Shown: positions 39,942 through 50,077 of the stretch, piece by piece
Position numbering within the stretch: position 1 is the first letter of the stretch
Layout of the letters: each line of letters starts with the position of its first letter
From: Myxococcota bacterium
GTDB lineage: Bacteria; Myxococcota_A; SURF-8
NCBI GenBank assembly: GCA_965140415.1
Contig: OZ223209.1
Span: 1,600,001 to 1,664,000 of the forward strand
Direction: 5' to 3'
Length of the DNA stretch: 64,000 nucleotides
The notes under the pieces: generated by a model
Database searches by the model: none
What the model saw: only the letters and a program-made list of their open reading frames with translations
Told to the model about the DNA's origin: nothing
Program-made: the position numbers and the translations under genes

Positions 39942-42254
39942 ATGCCGAAACGGTTTTTTACATGGTTACTGAATCATAAAATTTTAGTGCTGGTCATCTA
40001 TGCGCTGTTGCTGATCCCGTCCATTTACTATGCCGTGCAGGTTAAAACGGACAACTCGCTGGATCGCATGATCGTTCCCGGCGATGAAGGGCGCAAGATC
40101 TTCGATCGCTTTTCCAGTATTTTCGGATCGGATGAATTCATTCTGCTCGGTTTCGAAGGCAAGGATATCTTCAGCCGCGAATTCCTGACCAAATTGGATG
40201 AAGTCGAGCGCCAACTGCACGACGTGCCTTACCTGGCGCATACCCGTTCGCTAATGGGAACTTTCCGCCAGGTCAATCCGCTGTTCAATCCCAATGAGCC
40301 GCGCTGGTGTGAGCGTTTCCGCGATTTTTCACTCTCGACGCCATTTTTCAACAAGCAAGGCTTGGTGTCTGCCGACCGCATGTTGACCATCGTGCTGCAA
40401 CTGCGCATGAAAACCGCCGAGCAGCGCCGCGAAGTGGTGCGCGCGACCAACAAGATTTTAGAACCTTTTGAAAAGGAGGAGAATTCCCCCTTCCGTACCA
40501 TACGCAAAGTGGGGCAGCCGTATCTGAATTATGAAATGGATTACAGCGCCTACGAAATCGGTACGCAATTCTTCCCGATTTACTTGTTCTTTGCTATGGG
40601 GCTGGTCTTTTTCCTGTATCGGTCGGCGCGGGGATTGCTGGCGGTATTGGTTACGCTGTTGGTCAGTCTGGCCATGGCGGTCGGTCTGGTGGAAATGTTC
40701 CATTCTGTGCTTACCTTGATCTCCACCGTCATGCCCATGATGGTTATGGTCGTGGTGATCGAGACGATGATTCACCTGTATTCCGGCTACGTGCGTCCGC
40801 CGGAAGGGGTGGACATGCACGATCATCTGATTCATGTACTCGACAGCAAATGGAAAGCCTGCTGGTTTTCAGTCGTTACCACCGCTGTTGGATTCGGGTC
40901 GTTCGTTCTTTCTCCGGTATTGCCGGTGCGGGATCTGGGGCTATTCGTTGGAATTTCGCTGGTGTTGTGTTTTGCCGCCAGCTTCACCCTTTTTCCGGTA
41001 TTATTGGATCTGCTGCGTCCGACTACCATGCGCAAATCCGGCAATGTCGGTCTGCAAATTCTGGATCCCATCCTGGCCGGGATTCCTACTTACACCTATT
41101 GGTATCGAAAAACCCTGGTGCCGGGAATCACTATTATCGCTGCACTGGCGATCAACAGTTTCTTTTCCATGGAACTGGAAACCAACACCCTGAACTACCT
41201 CAACGAGGAAAACAAGCTGCGTATCGATACGGAGTTCATCGAAGAGAACCTGATGGGTCTATTATCGATGGAGATCATGCTGGAAGGTGCGCCGGAACAG
41301 TTCGCCAGCCCGGATAGTCTGCGCAAACTGCAACAGTTCGAACAGAAAGTGCTGTTGGTGCCCGACGTGCAGAGCATCTTGTCCAGTTCGACCTTGATGC
41401 GGGTGGCCAATTTCATCGAAAACGGCAAGGACAGTTTCCCGCGTTCCAACTTCGATGTGTCCAAGTATATTCTGGCTCTCTCGCAGCAGGACATCTGGGG
41501 TTCTTATATCTCAAAGAAATTCGACAAGTTACGAATATCTGCCATTACACCGGAAATCGACTACCACGGTTTCGACCGCCTGCAAATGTCCTTTAACCGG
41601 ATGTGGGATGACTTCAAGGAAAAGAATCCGGAATTCAAGGATGTGAAAATTACCACCACCGGCATGGCGCCGCTAATGGCCAACATCACGCGGCATATGC
41701 TGGGAACCTTGCTCAGCTCCTTCTTAACCACGTTTCTAATCGTGTTCTTCATCTTCTACATCGAAATCCGGCGTATCACCTATGCGATCTTGGCCATGTT
41801 GCCGTCGTTATTCGCCATCATGCTGATGTATCTGGTCATGACGACCAGTGGCGTCAAACTGGATATCGGTTCGATCATGATTGCCGCTGTCGTACTGGGA
41901 ATTTCGGTGGATGCTACCATCCATTTCTTCCAGCATTACATGGAAAAACTGGAAACGGGCGCCACCGTGGGCGAGTCGCTGGAGCATTCTCTGATCATCA
42001 CCGGGCGTGCCATCATGGTTTCCACGATTGTCATTCTGGCCGGGTTTGTGACTTTCACGTTCTCCGACTTTCCACCGATCAAGCATTTCGGCTCGTTGAC
42101 GTCGGTGTCGATTTTCTTTTCGCTCTTCGGCACCATGGTCTATTTGCCGGCTTGTTTGTGGCTGATGAATCCGAAGGAAAAACCGAAGCATCTGGAACAG
42201 TATGACAGCGGTTTCCGTGTGCTTCCCCCGAATCCGCCACAGAAAGAAGAATAG
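39942..42254 (+). CDS. MMPL/RND-superfamily exporter
   Basis: Two halves, each with one TM, a large loop and five TM; TTAVGFGSF, LGISVDATIHF, TGRAIMVST; AGGAGG RBS. Confidence 0.88.
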   Translation: MPKRFFTWLLNHKILVLVIYALLLIPSIYYAVQVKTDNSLDRMIVPGDEGRKIFDRFSSIFGSDEFILLGFEGKDIFSREFLTKLDEVERQLHDVPYLAHTRSLMGTFRQVNPLFNPNEPRWCERFRDFSLSTPFFNKQGLVSADRMLTIVLQLRMKTAEQRREVVRATNKILEPFEKEENSPFRTIRKVGQPYLNYEMDYSAYEIGTQFFPIYLFFAMGLVFFLYRSARGLLAVLVTLLVSLAMAVGLVEMFHSVLTLISTVMPMMVMVVVIETMIHLYSGYVRPPEGVDMHDHLIHVLDSKWKACWFSVVTTAVGFGSFVLSPVLPVRDLGLFVGISLVLCFAASFTLFPVLLDLLRPTTMRKSGNVGLQILDPILAGIPTYTYWYRKTLVPGITIIAALAINSFFSMELETNTLNYLNEENKLRIDTEFIEENLMGLLSMEIMLEGAPEQFASPDSLRKLQQFEQKVLLVPDVQSILSSSTLMRVANFIENGKDSFPRSNFDVSKYILALSQQDIWGSYISKKFDKLRISAITPEIDYHGFDRLQMSFNRMWDDFKEKNPEFKDVKITTTGMAPLMANITRHMLGTLLSSFLTTFLIVFFIFYIEIRRITYAILAMLPSLFAIMLMYLVMTTSGVKLDIGSIMIAAVVLGISVDATIHFFQHYMEKLETGATVGESLEHSLIITGRAIMVSTIVILAGFVTFTFSDFPPIKHFGSLTSVSIFFSLFGTMVYLPACLWLMNPKEKPKHLEQYDSGFRVLPPNPPQKEE

Positions 42255-42396
42255 CCCAAGCGGAAATAATTTCAGCATCTGGCAGGTTTACTCTAATGGA
42301 ATTCGTGTCGCATCATGAGGTCGCGTAAAACTCCGAATTCCATTGAGTGCCGGAGCGCGTTATGCTAGGCTAAGCGCTTGATTTGCGGGAGGCGGC

Positions 42397-43599
42397 ATGT
42401 CTGCACCGGTGAAAGATATCGCGATCTTAGGCAGTACGGGTTCGATTGGAACGAGCACGCTGGACATCTGCCGTCGTTTCCCGGATCGCTTTCGCGTGGT
42501 TGCTTTGGCTGCCGGAGAAAACGACGAACTCCTAGCCGAGCAGATCCGGGAATTCGAGCCGCGCCTGGTTTCGATGAAAAGTGAAGCGGCGCTTTCCCGC
42601 TTGCAGCGGCGATTACAGGCAAAGAGCCTGCAAGAACTTCCCGAATTACTTGCAGGCGAAGCCGGCGCACTGGCGGTTGCCGAATTCGAGCGAGCGGAGA
42701 TCGTTGTTTCCGCTTTCGTTGGGGCGGCTGGACTCAAACCGACTATGGCGGCGTTACGGCGTGGTTGTCGGGTGGCGCTGGCGAACAAAGAAGCGCTGGT
42801 TATTGCAGGGCGGGTCATGATCGACACCGCCAATCGCTACGGTGCAGAGATTCTGCCCGTCGATTCGGAACACTCGGCGATCTTTCAATGTTTGCAGGGA
42901 CATCGCAAGGAGGATATCGACCGTATCATCCTGACGGCCTCTGGCGGACCCTTCTTGCATAAGGATCAGGAATCGTTAAAGAATGTCACGGTGGCCGATG
43001 CTCTTGCACATCCAGTCTGGAGCATGGGAGCAAAAATCACCATCGATTCCGCCACCTTGATGAACAAGGGTTTCGAAGCGATAGAAGCCCACTGGCTCTT
43101 TGACGTTGCAGCCGATCAAATCGAGGTGCGCATCCATCCGCAGTGCATCGACCACAGCATGGTGGCTTATGTGGATGGTTCGGTCATTGCGCAATTGGGA
43201 GCCAGCGACATGCGCGGTCCCATCAGTTATGCGCTGGCTTATCCTGAGCGCTTGCCGCTGCCGTTTCATCGGTTGGCGCTGCCGGAAAGCGCGCCGTGGG
43301 AATTTTTCGTTCCCCGACAGGGTCAATTCTTATGCCTGGAACTGGCGTTTCAGGCTATGGCTGCGGGTGACGGTTACCCGGCGGTTTTAAATGCCGCCAA
43401 CGAAGTGGCAGTCGCGGCCTTTTTAAATGGAAGTCTGCCGTTTCTCGGAATTGCCGAGATCAACCGGCAGGTATTGCAGGAGGCAATCCGAACCGAGCAG
43501 GGAGAGCGAATCGAAACGCTGGAAGAACTGCTGGTTTTGGATCAATACGGACGTGAGCAGGCAAAACGACGCCTGCAAGCAGATGACGTCCCGAATTAA
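42397..43599 (+). CDS. dxr: 1-deoxy-D-xylulose-5-phosphate reductoisomerase
   Basis: LGSTGSIG, LANKE, LPVDSEHSAIFQ, LTASGGPF, WSMGAKITIDSATLMNKG. Confidence 0.98.
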   Translation: MSAPVKDIAILGSTGSIGTSTLDICRRFPDRFRVVALAAGENDELLAEQIREFEPRLVSMKSEAALSRLQRRLQAKSLQELPELLAGEAGALAVAEFERAEIVVSAFVGAAGLKPTMAALRRGCRVALANKEALVIAGRVMIDTANRYGAEILPVDSEHSAIFQCLQGHRKEDIDRIILTASGGPFLHKDQESLKNVTVADALAHPVWSMGAKITIDSATLMNKGFEAIEAHWLFDVAADQIEVRIHPQCIDHSMVAYVDGSVIAQLGASDMRGPISYALAYPERLPLPFHRLALPESAPWEFFVPRQGQFLCLELAFQAMAAGDGYPAVLNAANEVAVAAFLNGSLPFLGIAEINRQVLQEAIRTEQGERIETLEELLVLDQYGREQAKRRLQADDVPN

Positions 43600-43614
43600 C
43601 GAAGGAGTAATCGC

Positions 43615-45534
43615 ATGGGCCTTTTCTGGGCGCTGATTTTACTTGGTATTCTGGTTTTAGCGCATGAACTGGGGCATTTCCTGGTCGCCAAGGCGACGGG
43701 AGTCAAAGTGCTGGCGTTTTCCATCGGTTTCGGACCGCGCGTGGTGGGATTCCGATTCGGCGAAACCGAGTACCGCATTTCGGCCATTCCGCTAGGCGGT
43801 TACGTCAAACTGTTGGGTCAGGAATCGAGTGAGAACCTGCCAGCCGGTGTATTGCACCTGGACCCGCAGGGACCGGCGGCCAAGGCCGGAATCAAGGTCG
43901 GGGATATCATCGTTCAAGTCGATGATGTGGAAACCGAAAACTGGGAAATGGTGCAGGATGCCGTGCTGGATTCGCTGGACTCGCCACTTAAAATGGCCGT
44001 CGAGCGCAACGGAGAACGGCTGGAATTTTCGCTGGTGCGTGGCGATGCCACCGCTCCTTCCGCGCCAAAAGAAGATCGCTGGGGCCGTGGCGGCGGGGCG
44101 CAACTGCATGAACTGGGCTTGACGGTCGGCGACCATTCGGTGGAAAAGGAACATGCCTTTTTTACCAAGCCGTTGTGGGTGCGTTTTGCCGTCGTGTTTG
44201 CCGGTCCGGCAGCTTCTCTGATCTTCCCGATCCTGATTTACTTCGTATATTTCCTCTCCGTGGACAGTATGCCCTCCGCGCAGGTCGGTCAGATTCTGGC
44301 CGGCAGTTCCGCTCAGCAGGCCGGATTGCAGCCGGGTGACCGCATTGCCGCTATCGATGGCGAGGAGACGCCGTTCTGGGACAGTATGCGGGATATCATT
44401 TCCGATTCTCCCAATAAAACCGTAACGTTGACTGTGGAGCGCGATGGCCGGGAGTTGCAGCTTCCCATTACGCCGGAAGCCAGTACCTTCACGGATCAGA
44501 TCGGCGATCAAGTTACAGTCGGGCGTATCGGCATTACCGCAGATACCATCCCGGCGATTGTCGGCCCAACCGGCCCCCAAACTCCTGCCTATCAGGCCGG
44601 AATTCGACTGGGTGACACCATCACGGCCATCAACGGAGAAAAAATCCAGTATATCTGGCAACTTGAAAACCAGTTGCAGGAAATCGAAACCTCGGGTCGC
44701 ACGGTGCAAGTCGAATTGTCGCGCAAGCAGCCGGAAGGCGAACCGCAGAGTTTGTCGGTCAAGTTGATTCCCGCTCCAAAAACCGATGGCGGCGGTTTCA
44801 CGGTGGGACTGGCTTCGGCGGATACCTTTATCGGCAAAGTGGATGAAGACAGCCCGGCCAGCCAGGCCGGACTGCAAGACGGCGACTGGATTGTTTCTAT
44901 CGACGGACGCCCCGTTTCCGCCTGGATCGCTATCGAACAGGTGTTGCGCCAGAAAATGGATAATCCAATCGAAATGGTGATTTCCCGCGATGGGAAAGAC
45001 CAGACACTGACTATGGCGCAGAAAAAGGAAGTAGTGAAAAGCGAATTCGGCGACGAGATCACGCGCTACCGCTTTGGAGCCTGGTCGGCGGTGGAACGCA
45101 AAGACTGGGTGCGTGGCGAGTGGCTGGACATCGACAACCGCCTGACCTTCGCTACGAGTTGGGCCGGGAAAACGATGGTGGAAATCACGACCCTGGAACT
45201 GCGCATCTTCGCCAAGCTTTTCCAGGGTGAAATCCCCTTCAAATCCCTGGGCGGACCGATCATGATTTTCGACATCGCCGGAAAAGCCGCGGAGCAGGGC
45301 TGGCTCCCCTACCTGTGGATTATGGCGATGATTTCCATCAACCTGGGAATCCTGAACCTCTTGCCGATTCCGGTGCTGGACGGCGGACACCTGATGTTTT
45401 TCACCATCGAAGCCATCACGCGCCGCCCCTTGAACCAGCGCCTGAAAGAACGGGCGATTATGGTCGGATTGGCCATGTTGTTGATGCTGATGGTTTTGGT
45501 GTTTAAAAACGACGTGGAGCGCTATTTCTTCTAA
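43615..45534 (+). CDS. rseP: RIP metalloprotease RseP with four PDZ domains
   Basis: HELGH, FSIGFGP, IPLGGYV, NLLPIPVLDGG; directly after dxr. Confidence 0.95.
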   Translation: MGLFWALILLGILVLAHELGHFLVAKATGVKVLAFSIGFGPRVVGFRFGETEYRISAIPLGGYVKLLGQESSENLPAGVLHLDPQGPAAKAGIKVGDIIVQVDDVETENWEMVQDAVLDSLDSPLKMAVERNGERLEFSLVRGDATAPSAPKEDRWGRGGGAQLHELGLTVGDHSVEKEHAFFTKPLWVRFAVVFAGPAASLIFPILIYFVYFLSVDSMPSAQVGQILAGSSAQQAGLQPGDRIAAIDGEETPFWDSMRDIISDSPNKTVTLTVERDGRELQLPITPEASTFTDQIGDQVTVGRIGITADTIPAIVGPTGPQTPAYQAGIRLGDTITAINGEKIQYIWQLENQLQEIETSGRTVQVELSRKQPEGEPQSLSVKLIPAPKTDGGGFTVGLASADTFIGKVDEDSPASQAGLQDGDWIVSIDGRPVSAWIAIEQVLRQKMDNPIEMVISRDGKDQTLTMAQKKEVVKSEFGDEITRYRFGAWSAVERKDWVRGEWLDIDNRLTFATSWAGKTMVEITTLELRIFAKLFQGEIPFKSLGGPIMIFDIAGKAAEQGWLPYLWIMAMISINLGILNLLPIPVLDGGHLMFFTIEAITRRPLNQRLKERAIMVGLAMLLMLMVLVFKNDVERYFF

Positions 45535-45568
45535 ACGGTGGCTCCTCGTTTTGCTGGGTGTCTATATT

Positions 45569-46303
45569 ATGCACGATTCGACCGAACGCGGCTTGCGCCT
45601 GCTGGCGATTGAAGCCTCAACTATGGCGGCGTCCTGCGCTTTGTTCGAGGGCGAACGCTGTATCGTCTCCGATTTCAGGCTGGACCCGAAAACGCATCAT
45701 TCCGAAACATTGCTGCCGCTGATCGACGGTGTTTTCAAGCAGGCAGGCTTGACACCGCGGGATCTCGATGCAGTGGCCGTCACGCGCGGGCCGGGAGCTT
45801 TTACTTCGGTGCGCATCGGGTTGGCTACAGCGCGTGGGCTGGCGTATGCAAGGCGACTGCCGGTCTATGCGCTCTCCACCCTGCGTGTATTGGCAATGCA
45901 AGCGGAAGGTAGTGAATCTACACCGGTTCTGTCGTTGATCGATGCAAGAAAAGGCGAAGTGTACGGGCAGTTGCTGGCAGGGTCGTTGGCAACATCCGAA
46001 AGCTTGGTGACCGCTCGAACCGACAAGGCAGAACGCTGGATGGCCGATGCATTACAGGCGATTTCCGGTGAGATTTGCTGTATCGGAACCGGTGCGCTGG
46101 CCTATCGAGATCGATTGGTCGAGCTTGGCGGTGATCGCTTGCACTTTGCAACGGAAGAGGGGGCTCATCCTCGTGCGGAAACGCTGGGAACCTGCGTATT
46201 GCAGCGTTTGGTGGCGAATTTGCCGATGGATGAAGCAATTCCGGTATACCTGCGTAAACCGGAAGCCGTCGTGAATCTGGAAAAGCGGGAAAAAAAGAAG
46301 TAG
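45569..46303 (+). CDS. tsaB: tRNA threonylcarbamoyladenosine biosynthesis protein TsaB
   Basis: LLAIEAS, HSETLLP, GPGAFTSVRIG, DARKGEVY, PVYLR. Confidence 0.93.
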   Translation: MHDSTERGLRLLAIEASTMAASCALFEGERCIVSDFRLDPKTHHSETLLPLIDGVFKQAGLTPRDLDAVAVTRGPGAFTSVRIGLATARGLAYARRLPVYALSTLRVLAMQAEGSESTPVLSLIDARKGEVYGQLLAGSLATSESLVTARTDKAERWMADALQAISGEICCIGTGALAYRDRLVELGGDRLHFATEEGAHPRAETLGTCVLQRLVANLPMDEAIPVYLRKPEAVVNLEKREKKK

Positions 46304-46484
46304 GGTAAAACGTTCGGTGTGATCGAATGCTGAGCCATCTAATTGAAATCACATCTGTTTGTTATTCGTAAGCAAAATGTAAGTCCGTTCGTTTGTTTGG
46401 ATAGAAAGTAAAGATTGCTTGTGTCAGGCCCGCAAATGGGCTATCACATTCAAGCGTTTGAGCGAAATAGAGGATAGCGTTGAT

Positions 46485-47999
46485 ATGGGTTTGTTCCCGG
46501 ATGTAAAGCTGACCCGCGATGTGATTAAGCTCGCTACGCCGGTGGTTTTGGGCATGGTGTTCCAAACGGCGGTGAACCTGGCGGACACGATCATGGTGGG
46601 ATGGATGCCCGACGAGACACAGTCGGTGGCGGGCGTTGCGGCAATCGGGATTACGCTGCCTCTATTCTGGGCGATTGGCGGGTTTCTTTCGGCGATTGCC
46701 GTAGGCACTCAAGCGCTGACGGGCAGGCGTTTCGGCGAAAATCGTCCCCAACTGGCGGGGCGAGTGCTGTACAATTCCCTTACAGTGTCTTTAACGACCG
46801 GAGCTTTTTGTTCGATTGCCGGTATGTTATTGATTCCATACGTGTTTCCTTTCTTCAATTCCAACCCGGAAGTGCTGAAAGTCGGCATTCCCTACGCGCA
46901 GATGCGCTTTATCGGCGTGTTTTCCATGGTCGTCACATTCAGTTTCAAGGCGTTTTTCGATGGCATCGGCAAGACCTATGTACACATGGTGGCGTCCATC
47001 GTGATGAACGTGACGAACGTGGGCTTGAATGCGCTATTGATCTTCGGTTTGTGGGGATTTCCGGAAATGGGTGTTTTGGGCGCGGGAGTTGGTACGGTTA
47101 TTGCCAGCTACCTGGGACTGATTATTATCGCCGCGTGGAGCTTCAAGCCGAAGTATTTCAAACTGTACCGCTATTTCCGCAAAGTCAATCTCAACTGGAC
47201 CGTACTTCGTGAAATCGTTCGCCTTTCTTTGCCTGGTGGACTGGCGACGGTGTTTGTGATGAGCGGCTTTCTATTGTTTATGAAAATCGTCGGTTTGATC
47301 GATCGCACCGAATGGCTGATGACTTTCCCGCGTGGCTCGATGATCGAGTTGGAGGCGACAGTCAACACTTATCTGGGCCAGGGGGCAGGCAGCGACATGC
47401 TCAAACTGCTCACCGGCATTCTGCCGCACGTCGATCATATTACGGAAAACATGCGGGTACCGGTTTATACCGCTGGAACGAAGGTGATTACCGACTTGAT
47501 GTCCATCAGTTTCATGACCGCCATGGCCATCGGCACGGCGACGGCGACGCTGCTGAGTCAGAGCATGGGTGCGGGCAAACCGCGACTGGCGGAACGCTAC
47601 GTTTGGGAAGCGGTGCGCATCGGTGTGTTTTTATTAGGTATTCTTGGAATTCTGGAAGCCCTTTTCCCGACATTCTTCCTGAATCTCTTTACCAACAAAG
47701 TGGTGGTCATCGAGGCCGCCTCCAGCAGCCTGCGTATGGTGGGTCTGGTTAACTTCATGATCGCCATCGGGTTGATCGTGATGCAGGCGCATTTCGGCGC
47801 AGGTAACGCCAAGTTCGTGATGTACGTGGAACTGGCGCTGCACTTTACCTGCCTGGTGCCACTCTCCTATCTGTTTGGAGTCGTTTTCGATTTCGGCATG
47901 GAAGGCGTTTGGCTGGCCGCCGTGTTTTATATTATCAGTTTAAGTAGTATCCTGGCCTGGAAATTCTACCAGGGGAAATGGAAGTACATCAAGATCTAG
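46485..47999 (+). CDS. MATE family transporter
   Basis: LATPVVLG..DTIMVG, SQSMGAG, GMEGVWLA, KFYQGKW. Confidence 0.9.
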   Translation: MGLFPDVKLTRDVIKLATPVVLGMVFQTAVNLADTIMVGWMPDETQSVAGVAAIGITLPLFWAIGGFLSAIAVGTQALTGRRFGENRPQLAGRVLYNSLTVSLTTGAFCSIAGMLLIPYVFPFFNSNPEVLKVGIPYAQMRFIGVFSMVVTFSFKAFFDGIGKTYVHMVASIVMNVTNVGLNALLIFGLWGFPEMGVLGAGVGTVIASYLGLIIIAAWSFKPKYFKLYRYFRKVNLNWTVLREIVRLSLPGGLATVFVMSGFLLFMKIVGLIDRTEWLMTFPRGSMIELEATVNTYLGQGAGSDMLKLLTGILPHVDHITENMRVPVYTAGTKVITDLMSISFMTAMAIGTATATLLSQSMGAGKPRLAERYVWEAVRIGVFLLGILGILEALFPTFFLNLFTNKVVVIEAASSSLRMVGLVNFMIAIGLIVMQAHFGAGNAKFVMYVELALHFTCLVPLSYLFGVVFDFGMEGVWLAAVFYIISLSSILAWKFYQGKWKYIKI

Positions 48000-48026
48000 C
48001 CGATCCGAATTGAAGGAGGCGCCTGG

Positions 48027-48905
48027 ATGCCCGTATTGATAGAACAGAGCTGGATTCTATACCTGCTGGCCGGGCTGTTCGGGGCGGTCCTTGCCTTGCT
48101 GGTTCTGGTGAATGTTCTTAGGGCGCGCAACCTCAAAAGCATCAATCGGCATTCCAATAAACGCTTGCAACTGGTTGGTACGCTGCTTTCCGAAGGCAAA
48201 CCCGAAGAGGCTTTGGAAATATGCCAGGAATTACTGGAGCGGCTCTCACCGCAACGTAACCCGCAACTCTATGCTATCGTACGAAACACCGAAGGGCGCT
48301 GCCTGCGCCAGTTGTTCGTCGATACCGGGCAAAGCACCTACCTGACGCAGTCCGTTCAGATTTATCAGAATACGCTGAAGGTACTCAGCGCTCAATCCGC
48401 ACCGGAACTCTACGCCGCGACGGTCACCAATCTCGGTAACGCCCTGGCGACATTGGCCGAGTTGCGCGCCCCGCAGGAAAACCTGGCGCGTGCGGTGGCC
48501 TGTTTCCACGAAGCCTTGGATATCTGGACCCGTAAAAGCAAGCCGGGCGGTTATGCCGGAGTTCATAACAACCTGGGTGGAGCGTATCTGGCGCTGGCGG
48601 CCCATCGCGATAAAGAGGAAAACACCCGCTTGGCGGCACAGTCCTTCGAGCGGGCTTTATCGGTATGGACGGTCGAATCTCAACCGATCGAGCGTGGCAT
48701 GGCGCTGAACGATTACGGCAATGCTTTAATGGAGTTGTTCCGCTTGAAACGCGATTCTTCCTTGTTGCAGGAAGCGGTCGCCGCCTACCGCGATGCGATG
48801 GACTGCTTCCCCGCCGCTTCTCATCCTACGGAGTACGAAACCGTACGTGAGAATCACGAACAGGCCGAGGCGCTGTGGAAGCGTTTGCAGACTCCTACCG
48901 GTTGA
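48027..48905 (+). CDS. Membrane-anchored TPR protein
   Basis: N-terminal TM; repeats of YAxxxxNLGxA...AVxxFxxAL. Confidence 0.8.
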   Translation: MPVLIEQSWILYLLAGLFGAVLALLVLVNVLRARNLKSINRHSNKRLQLVGTLLSEGKPEEALEICQELLERLSPQRNPQLYAIVRNTEGRCLRQLFVDTGQSTYLTQSVQIYQNTLKVLSAQSAPELYAATVTNLGNALATLAELRAPQENLARAVACFHEALDIWTRKSKPGGYAGVHNNLGGAYLALAAHRDKEENTRLAAQSFERALSVWTVESQPIERGMALNDYGNALMELFRLKRDSSLLQEAVAAYRDAMDCFPAASHPTEYETVRENHEQAEALWKRLQTPTG

Positions 48906-48907
48906 TC

Positions 48908-50065
48908 TTACGGAGTATCCGGTGGCAGGATGTTTTCGCAGGTTTTGATATCATCCAGGTACAACTGCTTGATTTCCGACAGTTCTTCGCGCGAGCGCTC
49001 GATCCAGCGATTATGCACGCGCAAGCGCTCCCCGATCTCCAGCGTACGCTCATAGGTCTTCATCGACTTTCTGAGCAGGCTTTGTACCTGCTTCTGAAGC
49101 ATACAGCGGTACATCTGGATTTCGTCCGCTTCCGACCCGATTTCCGGTGGCAGCGGCGCTTGTTTGAAGGCCAGGTAGAAGTCCCGGTACAGCAGGCCGA
49201 TCTGATAGCCGGAGGCTGTAGCCCAATGAGCGTTGTCCTGTTCGATGCTGTGCAAGAATAAATCCTGTGCGTCCAGCAATCGCTGGGCTTTGCTTTCCAA
49301 TTGCTGTTCCAACTGCTGCTTGTCCGGTGCAGCGAGTTCGATATCCAGGAAATATTGACGTTGGATCAGACCCAGGTAATAGGCGGCCATTGCGCCGTAT
49401 TCTTCGTTGTACACATCACCGCGCAATAAACCGATGCGGTATTGCTGGAAAGCGTCTTTCAGTTGTTCTTCCGCCCGTTCGTGTTCTCCCATCGAATACA
49501 ACGCCACACCGCGCCGCGTGTCGATTTCCACCCGGTCGTCCGCCGACAGCAGCCCGTAGGAGTCTTTTAGTTCATCCAATTCGGCAAGTAGCGCCTGCCA
49601 GCGTTTCAACTCGTGCAGGCAGGCCAGAATGCGAAATCGAGCATCGATCACGTCCTTGCCACGCTTCGTGGTTTTGATAACCAGTCGGTATAGCTCGATG
49701 GCTTCTTCGTAGTTTTGCTGGCGTTGATGCACCAGCGCCGCATTGTAGGCGCTGTCTGGCACCTGCGGCGCATTGGGATAATGTTCCAGAATAGCGCTGA
49801 AGTAGGCCAGCGCCAGGGCTTGCTCTCCTGCCGCGTAGGCTTCGTATCCGGCATCGAACAGGGTTTCGGGAGGCTGTGTCCAGTCCACTTGGGGACCGGC
49901 GCTTTTCTTTTCTTCGCTTTGCGGGTCGCCCTGAATGGTAGCCGGTTGCAGCACGATGCGACTTGGAGCACAACCGCCTAGCAGAATGAGGAGCAATCCC
50001 ATTACAATAAAAACGGCGAATGGCAACGGCAAGGTGTGCCGGGTATTGGCCAGCAGGTGGAACAT
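48908..50065 (-). CDS. TPR lipoprotein (BamD/YbgF-like helical repeats)
   Basis: Lipobox LLGGC; LFDAGYEAY..ILEHYPNAPQVPDSAYNAA. Confidence 0.78.
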   Translation of the reverse strand: MFHLLANTRHTLPLPFAVFIVMGLLLILLGGCAPSRIVLQPATIQGDPQSEEKKSAGPQVDWTQPPETLFDAGYEAYAAGEQALALAYFSAILEHYPNAPQVPDSAYNAALVHQRQQNYEEAIELYRLVIKTTKRGKDVIDARFRILACLHELKRWQALLAELDELKDSYGLLSADDRVEIDTRRGVALYSMGEHERAEEQLKDAFQQYRIGLLRGDVYNEEYGAMAAYYLGLIQRQYFLDIELAAPDKQQLEQQLESKAQRLLDAQDLFLHSIEQDNAHWATASGYQIGLLYRDFYLAFKQAPLPPEIGSEADEIQMYRCMLQKQVQSLLRKSMKTYERTLEIGERLRVHNRWIERSREELSEIKQLYLDDIKTCENILPPDTP

Positions 50066-50077
50066 CCTGTGTCCTTT

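Noticed and set aside
43792-45390. Long antisense ORFs (also 4402-5685, 11420-12364, 18627-19706, 22616-23554, 36357-37634, 61548-62423)
   Set aside because: They lie opposite well-supported genes, as expected from codon bias in GC-rich DNA, and show no motifs
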